From NCBI GenBank assembly GCA_964425715.1, contig CAYRNO010000002.1, positions 5,443-69,442 of the forward strand: DNA of 64,000 bases, read 5' to 3'. The DNA is from an uncultured Candidatus Saccharibacteria bacterium. GTDB lineage: Bacteria; Patescibacteriota; Saccharimonadia; CAILAD01; BJGX01. Shown piece by piece: positions 10,101 through 17,122 of the stretch. The position numbers and the translations under genes are program-made. Under the pieces are notes generated by a model that was not told the DNA's origin, searched no databases, and saw only the letters and a program-made list of their open reading frames with translations. The first letter of the stretch is position 1, and each line of letters starts with the position of its first letter.

Positions 10101-10202
10101 ATTAGTCCATCCCAACCAGATTCGCAGGTAAATCCAAGCAGTACTGTATCGAATACAAACAATACAAGCCCTGCCGATCCTCAGCCTCCCTTATCTAGGT
10201 AG
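7185..10202 (+). CDS. membrane-anchored trypsin-like (S1) serine protease with long low-complexity tail
   Basis: 1005 aa. N-terminal TM helices are followed by a central triad context: STNGHVV (His), SDVAILKLD (Asp) and GNSGGPAF (Ser). A late TM helix ISVLVLLFIILLIVGLVIVIIMTV precedes a ~170-aa P/S/T/N/Q-rich tail. Confidence 0.75.
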   Translation: MKKSKPNSNGIDIHAKHKKKAIKLNFLLIILSTLLFGSLAILTYLFVQTESAKIDAKNALQQQVELGNANVVSYVTGYERFLQVYRANQLEFLAIIIIVITGTVFLIVYLYKDRKQRKYHKHHFEKSHHNEPKPNKIHTISKYRAPWENIWLLLGGVLVVALIGILVLRISRASDEIVQNTANLESSALEAQGYKKIISSAGFSLIYNFNLLDTTAQTTPDSQPISSQELSKVSDYTIVKISPSEADSASLTSTSSVQNADLKFETTADKGFFDSAKTQYGNLSQVELAIRHFAPKNDANNFVEKTSQTEIEISGIKYQAVEYKIVNTEYVTTTSKLTQYVVVVNNQPFSISLSESSQSIPSQVQLLRNVISSVKYGSVAELSSNTKPRLSNVAYAAEDKGGTQTNPEILSQSTTNVPTTLVNDTALLVVAKNQPTVVRVGTNTCMNIDLLLPNGQVGYSAKNACNAVVGSGSIISSDGYISTNGHVVSDIPELVLQTFLSLNTDTANLRSYLQYLVDTGVLTKPQLEALARQIAAGNKQAIEKFLSTTSKISPDKYKTSSVDRKFVIQLSNDPIKAEVNKTVITIPTSDTKVSAQLIDKDFDEQTLRQSLIANIKDLKTSDVAILKLDSGSNYPISTLGSLNEQNKSNPNSGSTVLVTAMGFPGFIDGGLTTKKNTTIPSATQGKVLGVESIAENKYRLIATNVPAAQGNSGGPAFAEDGSIIGLVTYVDPGASAKSGKESFATSSILRDVSDVKSLLEKNNITLNTSSTVDSTWDQGIEKFSNAHYKSANQLFTKAKAEYPANYLAAQLSSVAEAKIAAGLDVPEISPMISVLVLLFIILLIVGLVIVIIMTVRHRKKAKSLPPLPDQPINTNASIQPPVTNSTVYTPNTTENPPPQPSQMTPISDSSVSQGPAIGANISMNPAVSMSIPAPSAQEAAQQQTPPITNSDLQHPNTSTSTRPPNPSNTTLDISPSQPDSQVNPSSTVSNTNNTSPADPQPPLSR

Positions 10203-10205
10203 ATA

Positions 10206-10595
10206 TTATTTGATATCAGCTTCTGGTTTGCCGACTTTGGCCTGTAAGATTACTTGGCGTGTTTCTCCGAGGTCATCAGTTACTTTGGTGTCATTGGTTT
10301 CTTGGTAGTAGCTCACTAGATAATGACTCAAGATTTCTTGCAGGTCTTTTTGTTTGGTTCGTTCATCATCCATGTCTTCACTTACTTTTTGGTAGTCTTT
10401 GTCGTCTAGTAGTGCTCGCTTTGCTGCCAATCGTTTTTCACTAAGTGCTTTTATTTCTTCAGCGATTTGTTTGTATTCGTCGTTTTGTTCCATGACGTCT
10501 TTGAGTTGTTCACGTAAATTCTTGAGTTTTTCTTTTGATTCACGCAGTTCCGGCATGATTCTGTGTATTGCTTGTAGTGTAGTTTTATCTTCCAT
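10206..10595 (-). CDS. hypothetical acidic coiled-coil protein
   Basis: 129-aa ORF with charged heptad-like sequence (LKNLREQLKDVMEQNDEYKQIAEEIKALSEKRL). No family recognised. Confidence 0.55.
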   Translation of the reverse strand: MEDKTTLQAIHRIMPELRESKEKLKNLREQLKDVMEQNDEYKQIAEEIKALSEKRLAAKRALLDDKDYQKVSEDMDDERTKQKDLQEILSHYLVSYYQETNDTKVTDDLGETRQVILQAKVGKPEADIK

Positions 10596-10760
10596 TTACT
10601 CTCTATTTCTTGATTAGTTGATATTGCAAATATTAATTATAACAAATACATAAGCACAACGTCTTAATTAAACAAAAGAATTCAAAAAACGATTTACAAT
10701 AGTCTCAAAAGATTGTATGCTACAGATAGCACCTAACCATAACAAGCGGGAGATGAAGTT

Positions 10761-11057
10761 ATGAGGCGTAGACTACGCAAGTTAGACGATCAAGTATTGG
10801 AGTACATGATTCGTGATCGTCTCAAATCCAATTCACCTGTAGAAATTACTTCAGACCCATCATTTGAGGGTAATTGTCATGTTGCTATGACAAGAGATAT
10901 CTACAAAGTAAGCAAGTCATGCGAGAGACTCTTTCGCTTGGGACTTTTACTCCGCAAGCGTCATCCCAATCGCATCTATAGTCGCTATAGGATAAACCCA
11001 GATCTTTTCGAAGACATTGTACTACGAGTACAAAAACCCTTTCCTCTTGAACAATAA
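10761..11057 (+). CDS. hypothetical small protein, possible winged-helix DNA binder
   Basis: 98 aa with an SD-like GGGAG upstream. The basic helix-turn region SKSCERLFRLGLLLRKRHPNRIYSRYRI hints at a wHTH. This is weak inference. Confidence 0.5.
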   Translation: MRRRLRKLDDQVLEYMIRDRLKSNSPVEITSDPSFEGNCHVAMTRDIYKVSKSCERLFRLGLLLRKRHPNRIYSRYRINPDLFEDIVLRVQKPFPLEQ

Positions 11058-11081
11058 TTCCAGCAAACAAAGGAGAGTACC

Positions 11082-11381
11082 ATGGCTACAATCCTGGCTA
11101 GCTGCCCTGACTGTGGAGATGTAGAATTTCTCACTCAGGATATCAAGGTAGAGGTATCCAATCTCGATGGCTCAGGCAATTATCTCTTCAGGTGTCCTGG
11201 CTGCGCGAGTATTATTGTAAAGTCAGCAGAGACTAGAACGATTAATCTTCTGCTGGCAAGTGGCGTCGAACAAGTATTTCCACTTACACGTGAAGACGTG
11301 GAGTGCTTTGCAGCAATACTTGATGATGAAGAATTTTTCCAGGCTGCTATAAGTAAACTCAAACGCGAACTACGCTGGTAA
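11082..11381 (+). CDS. hypothetical zinc-ribbon protein
   Basis: 99 aa with a strong SD (AAAGGAG) before the ATG. Two CxxC pairs are present (CPDCGD ... CPGCAS). Confidence 0.6.
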   Translation: MATILASCPDCGDVEFLTQDIKVEVSNLDGSGNYLFRCPGCASIIVKSAETRTINLLLASGVEQVFPLTREDVECFAAILDDEEFFQAAISKLKRELRW

Positions 11382-11396
11382 TCCCATCGCATTCAT

Positions 11397-11422
11397 GCCC
11401 AAGTCAAATTCAAGACTTGGGC
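11397..11422. terminator. hairpin terminator between convergent genes
   Basis: GCCCAAGTC (11397-11405) pairs with GACTTGGGC (11414-11422), followed by T-rich sequence. It lies between the 3' ends of the 11082 (+) and 11436 (-) genes. Confidence 0.6.
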
Positions 11423-11435
11423 TTATATTATATGT

Positions 11436-12134
11436 TTATATGCGCATTTGAGCATCGTGGGCGATATGCAAAATAGTATCTATATCGTCAGTGATGGTGT
11501 ATAAGCTAGTGTCTTCAGGCTCAATTGTCTGAAATTCTTCAGAAAGCATCTCTTTGTGGTGAAAGTCGATATCGAGTCTCTCCCAAAATTTAGCACCTAC
11601 TAGTATTATTGGAACTTTGTGGATTTTCTTGTTTTGGACTAGAGTAAGTATTTCATAAAATTCATCGAGTGTGCCAAACCCACCAGGAAAGTAGATGTAT
11701 AAGCGAGATGCAAAGGTCAGTGTGACTTTGCGGGTAAAGAAATAATGAAAAGGTATAGAGACTGTCTGATATTGGTTGGCTACTTGTTCCTTGGGTAATT
11801 GTATATTGAGTCCGATAGAGTGACCACCGGCTTCTTTGGCGCCGCGATTGGCAGCCTCCATGATGCCTGGCCCTCCTCCAGTCACTATAGTATAGTCTAG
11901 GTCCTTGACCAATCGAGAGGCTAGGCTACGAGCTTGTTGGTAGTAGGGATTGGCTTCGGTAAACCTCGTAGACCCAAAGAAGCTTACTTTCTTGGGGTAT
12001 CTCTCGATGATATTGAGGCCTTGAGTGATTTCTTCATTGATCAAGCATACTTTTGTATCTGTAGTGTCGCCAGTGCGTGAGCTACAGTCACGCATTATCT
12101 CGTCTAGTGTGTGAGGTTTGGTAATATCGCGCAT
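11436..12134 (-). CDS. LOG family (TIGR00730, lysine-decarboxylase-like) nucleotide phosphoribohydrolase
   Basis: Family motifs TGGGPGIMEAANRGA and YFPGGFGTLDEF. Confidence 0.8.
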   Translation of the reverse strand: MRDITKPHTLDEIMRDCSSRTGDTTDTKVCLINEEITQGLNIIERYPKKVSFFGSTRFTEANPYYQQARSLASRLVKDLDYTIVTGGGPGIMEAANRGAKEAGGHSIGLNIQLPKEQVANQYQTVSIPFHYFFTRKVTLTFASRLYIYFPGGFGTLDEFYEILTLVQNKKIHKVPIILVGAKFWERLDIDFHHKEMLSEEFQTIEPEDTSLYTITDDIDTILHIAHDAQMRI

Positions 12135-12219
12135 GTTTTAATTTTATAGGTTTTAATGTGGTTATGCTAGTATTTTGTGAACACCATATCTAGCGTAATA
12201 AAAACTTGCATAAGCACTA

Positions 12220-12249
12220 TTTACAAATAAAAATGAATGGGTGTATAAT
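12220..12249 (+). promoter_or_regulatory. candidate promoter (TTTACA-18-TATAAT) for the 34-aa ORF
   Basis: TTTACA at 12220-12225 and a perfect TATAAT at 12244-12249, about 32 nt upstream of GTG 12281. Confidence 0.45.
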
Positions 12250-12280
12250 CATAAGCAGATAAAAAACAAAAGGAGGGAAA

Positions 12281-12385
12281 GTGGCAACAACAGAAAACAA
12301 ACTAACCGATGAAGAGTGGGAAAAACCGATGAAGGTTTGTCCGATAGATCCAAAGCTGCTGGCTGAGTGTGAGTCTTGTCAGTAA
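12281..12385 (+). CDS. 34-aa Cys-rich small protein (not in ORF track)
   Basis: Strong SD AAGGAGGG (12270-12277) lies 3 nt before GTG 12281. The peptide is MATTENKLTDEEWEKPMKVCPIDPKLLAECESCQ. It has its own promoter-like hexamers and a terminator hairpin at 12434-12451. Confidence 0.5.
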   Translation: MATTENKLTDEEWEKPMKVCPIDPKLLAECESCQ

Positions 12386-12433
12386 GTATCTAATCTAGAT
12401 AGATTATAGGTATAAATCTGGTAAAAGTATAAA

Positions 12434-12451
12434 CCCCCTATAGGGGGTTTT
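12434..12451. terminator. bidirectional hairpin terminator
   Basis: CCCCC-TATA-GGGGG followed by TTTT on the plus strand and TTTA on the minus strand. It lies between the small ORF (+) and the 12477 gene (-). Confidence 0.65.
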
Positions 12452-12476
12452 GTAGTACCTAGAGTTTCTAGATATG

Positions 12477-12881
12477 TTAATTTCTGCGCTTAGAGAATTG
12501 CTGACCAGGACTTAAGTTGCGATTTCTCTTGGTTTTGCGTCTTGAGTCGGGTTCTTCCTCCTTTATTCGTTCCAATGTCTCTTCTGGAAGCAAAAAGACA
12601 GCATATTCGAGAAGTTTGTCGTCATAAAAAACTGCGACCAGCTCAACTCCTGCCAGATTGACACCAGAATTTATTACCACATGTCGTACAGAGATGTGTT
12701 TGAAAAGGCCATCTGAAGCTTGGGGTGCGGTATTGAAATTACCAAACAGTGCCTGATAAAGGGTGACTAACTTTCCATTTACTATCTGGTATCCCGCCTG
12801 TAGATTGCTAAGTCGCACCACCATATGGGGTTGAATATCAATAGCGAGCACTGTTTGCTGGTGTTCTTGTATTGAAGACAA
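12477..12881 (-). CDS. hypothetical protein with basic C-terminal tail
   Basis: 134-aa ORF with a TTG start and GAGG 9 nt upstream. No recognisable motif. The tail is KTKRNRNLSPGQQFSKRRN. Confidence 0.5.
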   Translation of the reverse strand: MSSIQEHQQTVLAIDIQPHMVVRLSNLQAGYQIVNGKLVTLYQALFGNFNTAPQASDGLFKHISVRHVVINSGVNLAGVELVAVFYDDKLLEYAVFLLPEETLERIKEEEPDSRRKTKRNRNLSPGQQFSKRRN

Positions 12882-12971
12882 AGTTAACTACCTCTGTGTT
12901 GTAGGTGCAATGCCAATGAATGTTGGACAATTATATACCATATGTACCAAGCTAGCAATAGTCTGTATAAC

Positions 12972-12999
12972 AAAAGCCCCCTTTTAAAGGGAGGCTTTT
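12972..12999 (-). terminator. terminator downstream of the Rpf-like gene
   Basis: An imperfect hairpin AGCCTCCCTT/AAGGGGGCT on the minus strand, followed by TTTTGTT. Confidence 0.55.
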
Positions 13000-13024
13000 G
13001 TGTTATTTAGTTGTTAGAACAGTC

Positions 13025-13606
13025 TTACAATAGACCAAGCTTGCGTGAACATGCAGGCCATGGAGACCAACCACGAGCGGCTTGGGTAGCACGAGCCTTG
13101 GCGTCTTGTACCTCTGGAGGTGCAAGGTCAGGTCGAGCATATCCGCCATAGTTAGCCCAAGTACGCATGTCGTACTGGTAGGCACCATAGTATCCGTTAC
13201 CGGTATTCTTGGTGTAGTCACCACCAGCTTCACAGAATCGAAGCTTGGCGAAAGCATCATCACCGCCTATTACGACAGGTTTTGCAGCAGGGGCTGAGTT
13301 TACTCGAGTAGCAGCAATTGCAGCAGCTCGATTAGCAGCTTCCTGGGCAGCAGCAGCGTCGGCAGCGGCCTTAGCAGCTTGAGCGGCTTTTAAAGGAGCA
13401 ACGACTTCTTGATCGAAGTTTCCTTTGTTGGCTTTGAGCTCAAGAGCTTCAGGTTGTGTGGTGTTGATTGTCAATGTGTAGTTACTTGGTACTACAGGTT
13501 GGGCTTCGGCAGCCTTAGCTGTATCGGTGATAGGGATATGTACCGTACTTATCACCTGGTTGGCAATCATTGCAAATGCAACAACTGCTTGACTGAGAAG
13601 GCGCAT
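13025..13606 (-). CDS. secreted Rpf-like (transglycosylase-like domain) cell-wall hydrolase
   Basis: Signal peptide MRLLSQAVVAFAMIANQV, then an Ala-rich linker. The C-terminal CEAGGDYTKNTGNGYYGAYQYDMRTWANYGG...GWSPWPACS matches the resuscitation-promoting-factor / transglycosylase-like domain pattern. It is locally GC-rich (67/120 G+C at 13021-13140). Confidence 0.8.
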   Translation of the reverse strand: MRLLSQAVVAFAMIANQVISTVHIPITDTAKAAEAQPVVPSNYTLTINTTQPEALELKANKGNFDQEVVAPLKAAQAAKAAADAAAAQEAANRAAAIAATRVNSAPAAKPVVIGGDDAFAKLRFCEAGGDYTKNTGNGYYGAYQYDMRTWANYGGYARPDLAPPEVQDAKARATQAARGWSPWPACSRKLGLL

Positions 13607-13739
13607 AATATTCTGATACGTGCTTCACCATATAGATGAAGTTACGCTGGTTCAGAGTGCGTCGTATCTCCTTTCGTTTAATGTTGTAATGAACTGTTCT
13701 GCGGGGGACTGGAAACGACCAATCCACAGAACGCCCGCT

Positions 13740-13768
13740 AGTATACCAAACATAAGCGTATTTGTCAA
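13740..13768 (-). promoter_or_regulatory. sigma70-type promoter (TTGACA-17-TATACT) of the Rpf-like gene
   Basis: On the minus strand TTGACA is at 13768-13763, the spacer is 17 nt and TATACT is at 13745-13740. This predicts a ~125-nt leader containing the hairpin GTTCTG...CAGAAC. Confidence 0.6.
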
Positions 13769-13939
13769 GTGTTTTTGTGTGCATATTATTTGCCCAACAG
13801 ATAGGAATGAGTTATATAGTTATGCTTGACAAGTAATAAACGTAACAAATTTATTAATCTTCCACTCCTTATTCGAGTTTTGACACCAATCGGTATATTT
13901 GTTAATTTAGGTTATAAAATCGTACCTTAAGGAGATAAA

Positions 13940-14248
13940 GTGCCGCTTTTCAAGCTGATAATCACCATCGCATATAGTGGATATATCGCTTGGTGGTCAG
14001 CCAAATTGATGAGCCAACTCAGGTATGTTGGTAATACCGAAGAGCAAACCAACGAAGGCTTTTTTATTGAATGGTTTATAGATAAGATGCTCCCTAGAAT
14101 CATTTGGATCATCTATCTTTCCATGGTCTATGCAATACTATCTGCTCCGGATAATACTACGGCATTGGTATATCTGTTGATTAGCTTATCTATATCAGTG
14201 CTACTATTGGGTAAGCCTCATGGGGATTGTCAATATCGAAAAATATGA
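13940..14248 (+). CDS. small membrane protein, unknown function
   Basis: 102 aa with SD TAAGGAG before GTG 13940. Three hydrophobic segments. Confidence 0.55.
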   Translation: MPLFKLIITIAYSGYIAWWSAKLMSQLRYVGNTEEQTNEGFFIEWFIDKMLPRIIWIIYLSMVYAILSAPDNTTALVYLLISLSISVLLLGKPHGDCQYRKI

Positions 14249-14366
14249 AGAGTCTGGTATCTCTGTAGCTCATAAAACTCTTTCGAGTACAACTCATTGA
14301 CTGGGTCCATGTAGGGCTCAGACGGTGGGTTCGTTTTATTTTAGAGACATGATAAACTTAGACTAA

Positions 14367-16154
14367 ATGAAAGCTATCTGGAAAATAATCAAATACTCCA
14401 AAGTACTTTGGCCATATTACGTATCTATTGCTGTAGTAGTAATTATTACTTCTATATTAAATCTAGTAACACCATTCGTCACCAAGGGATTAGTAGATGG
14501 AATTGTTGCGGCTAATAGTGGAAATTCACCTGGTTTGCAGTATCTATTTGGATTAGTCGCTCTAGGCGGTATTGCATCAATTATATTGACCCTACTGTCA
14601 AATCTAAGCGGTTATTGGGGTGATATGATGAGTGTCAAGCTCAATACACTGATGTCAAATCGCTATTTTGAACATCTCATGAAGTTACCAATTAGCTATT
14701 ATGACAATGAGATAACAGGTAAGATTACGGCTCGTCTTGATCGTTCAATCGCTACTATTTCTACACTGATGCAGACTCTAGCCAATGGGTTTGTGCAGTT
14801 TTTCTTGACTACTGTGATTACTCTAGTGGTCATAGCTTTTTACAGCTGGCCAGTAGCACTACTACTAGCAGCGATATTCCCGATATATATCTGGATAACT
14901 CACCTGAGTAGTAAAAGCTGGCAAAAGCACCAGGAGGAAATCAACAAAGATCTCGATATCGGCAATGGTCGATTTGTTGAATCAATTGTGCAAGTAAGAG
15001 TAGTTAAATCATTTGTGATGGAAGCTTCAGAACGAATGTTTTATGGAAACAAACGAATCAAGATAGAAGGCCAAACCAAGGTTCAATCAGTGCAGTGGCA
15101 CAAGTACGATGTCTATCGCAGGCTTGTTTTGAACATTATATTTACTGCTATTATGGGAGTAATAATTTATCAGGCATATATTGGGGTCTACAACCTAGGT
15201 ACTATGACACTACTATTGACTCTATCTGTTCAGGCTCAATTCCCGTTATTCGGTAGTAGTTTCATCATAGATGCCTTACAGCGTGCAACAGCAGGTAGTA
15301 AAGACTATTTTGAGATTATGGACACCCAGGCCGATATCGTAGATAAAGATGGAGCAAAACCCCTCAAAATACGTAATTCGAGGGTAGAATACCAAAATGT
15401 TGGATTTGCTTATGAAAAAGGTAAAAGTGTACTCAAAAACGTGAGTTTTACGATTGATCCTGGTAAAAAGCTAGCTTTGGTAGGAGAATCGGGTGAAGGT
15501 AAGAGCACACTTGCCAATCTGATGCTGCGATTTTATGAGCTAAATACAGGTCATATCTTGATAGATGGTCAGTCGATAGATAGCGTTACTCAAGAAAGCT
15601 TGAGATCTAATATAGGTGTAGTATTTCAAGAGCCACAATTGTTCTCCGGTACTGTAAAAGACAACATCGGCTATGGCAGCAAGAAGTCTACCGAAAAACA
15701 ACTAATTGCCGCTGCAAAGGCTGCAAATGCCTATGATTTCATCAAGAAACTTCCCAAAGGATTTGATACTGAGATAGGTGAGAGAGGTGTGAAGCTTAGT
15801 GGAGGACAAAAGCAACGTATAGCTATTGCTCGAGCCATCATGAAAAATCCTCCTATACTGATCCTCGACGAAGCTACCAGCAGTTTAGATAGCAAAGCCG
15901 AGCATGAGGTACAAGGTGCACTAGAAAGACTGATGGCAAATCGTACTACTATGATCATAGCTCACCGACTTAGTACTATTTCAGATGTAGATACTATAGT
16001 TGGTATCAAAAACGGTCAAGTCGTGGAGATAGGTTCTCCACAAGAACTCGCCAAGCGCAAGACTGGTATATACAAAGAACTACTTGATCTGCAAAATATC
16101 AGCAAGACCGCTGCTGGTAAGGCCAAGCTCAAGAAACTTGATATGGTGGGGTAA
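14367..16154 (+). CDS. ABC exporter, fused permease/ATPase (MsbA/type-1 exporter-like)
   Basis: Six N-terminal TM helices, Walker A GESGEGKST, signature LSGGQKQRIAIARA and Walker B ILILDEATS. Confidence 0.9.
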   Translation: MKAIWKIIKYSKVLWPYYVSIAVVVIITSILNLVTPFVTKGLVDGIVAANSGNSPGLQYLFGLVALGGIASIILTLLSNLSGYWGDMMSVKLNTLMSNRYFEHLMKLPISYYDNEITGKITARLDRSIATISTLMQTLANGFVQFFLTTVITLVVIAFYSWPVALLLAAIFPIYIWITHLSSKSWQKHQEEINKDLDIGNGRFVESIVQVRVVKSFVMEASERMFYGNKRIKIEGQTKVQSVQWHKYDVYRRLVLNIIFTAIMGVIIYQAYIGVYNLGTMTLLLTLSVQAQFPLFGSSFIIDALQRATAGSKDYFEIMDTQADIVDKDGAKPLKIRNSRVEYQNVGFAYEKGKSVLKNVSFTIDPGKKLALVGESGEGKSTLANLMLRFYELNTGHILIDGQSIDSVTQESLRSNIGVVFQEPQLFSGTVKDNIGYGSKKSTEKQLIAAAKAANAYDFIKKLPKGFDTEIGERGVKLSGGQKQRIAIARAIMKNPPILILDEATSSLDSKAEHEVQGALERLMANRTTMIIAHRLSTISDVDTIVGIKNGQVVEIGSPQELAKRKTGIYKELLDLQNISKTAAGKAKLKKLDMVG

Positions 16155-16158
16155 TATT

Positions 16159-16953
16159 GTGTCGGAGACCTATCAACATCTTACAGAAGACAATCCAGAA
16201 GCTCATGATATATGGGGGAATGAAACAGAGCGCAAGCAGAAGCTTGATGCTTTGAGCTCAGATGATTTTGCTAAGTGGCTAATTAAACTCAACGCAATTT
16301 TGCGTGGCAAAAATCCAGCCTTACACGGTTTTGACGGCGAAGGTGTAGTGGTAGGTGACGACGATGTACTTGATGTAGAGGGCGTTGTTGCAGAGCATCA
16401 GCCACCTGATCAAGAGGATAAACCAGAGTTGCTAACCTACGTATTGCAGACTGCCAAGAAACTACCTAACATACAAGATTCTGCTTTACTGGTAGCTGCA
16501 GGTATAAACCAGATACATCCGTTTAGAGATAAGAACGGCACATTATCAAGGCTTATTTACGCTAATCTCTCCGCAGGCAGTGAATTTGTAAAGACACATA
16601 TGAAAGAAATTGGTCAAGATAGAACTAGTATAGATATAGGTAGTTTTATACCAAATAGGTTTTTACTAAGAATAGCTCGTGAGAGATTAGGAGCAGATGC
16701 AAGCGATAGAGATGTAAGGGCTGAAGCAGCAAGAGTACTGTGTGAAGCTTTTGTGGATAATTCCATCGAGATGAGTAATGATGACATACCACTTAGAAGC
16801 TTTAAGATAGGAGAAAAAGAAAAAATATCATTAGCTGACTATATGAGACTTGCGTCACTCAACCTAGTGACTGGTGATTTGTTCGTGACGCAGTTTGGCC
16901 AAGAAGGCAAAACTCTCAATAAAAAAGACGGACGTTTTGGTAGAGAGTGGTAG
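16159..16953 (+). CDS. Fic/DOC-fold protein with degenerate active-site motif
   Basis: HPFRDKNGTLSRL occupies the position of the Fic motif HxFx[DE]GNGRxxR, with G->K and R->T substitutions. I moved the start to GTG 16159, just after the ABC stop, because the ORF-track start 16084 would overlap the ABC gene by 71 nt. Confidence 0.55.
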   Translation: MSETYQHLTEDNPEAHDIWGNETERKQKLDALSSDDFAKWLIKLNAILRGKNPALHGFDGEGVVVGDDDVLDVEGVVAEHQPPDQEDKPELLTYVLQTAKKLPNIQDSALLVAAGINQIHPFRDKNGTLSRLIYANLSAGSEFVKTHMKEIGQDRTSIDIGSFIPNRFLLRIARERLGADASDRDVRAEAARVLCEAFVDNSIEMSNDDIPLRSFKIGEKEKISLADYMRLASLNLVTGDLFVTQFGQEGKTLNKKDGRFGREW

Positions 16954-17003
16954 AGTACTAGCACAATCGCTATCTTGGATAATAATATTAATTAATGATT
17001 GCG

Positions 17004-17032
17004 TTGACCAAGTCACTAATTATTGATATACT
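17004..17032 (+). promoter_or_regulatory. sigma70-type promoter (TTGACC-17-TATACT) of rpsB operon
   Basis: TTGACC at 17004-17009, a 17-nt spacer and TATACT at 17027-17032. Confidence 0.55.
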
Positions 17033-17122
17033 AATCGAGTCAAAAAATTAACGAAACAGTATTGGCAAATGACTCCTCCCACTCGGGGAGCCAATACAAC
17101 GATAGAAGGAGAATATAAACTA

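Noticed and set aside
13607-13740. A ydaO (c-di-AMP) riboswitch in the leader of the Rpf-like gene, as found upstream of actinobacterial rpf genes.
   Set aside because: The conserved ydaO sequence blocks are not visible in the ~125-nt leader. There is only a simple GTTCTG...CAGAAC hairpin.
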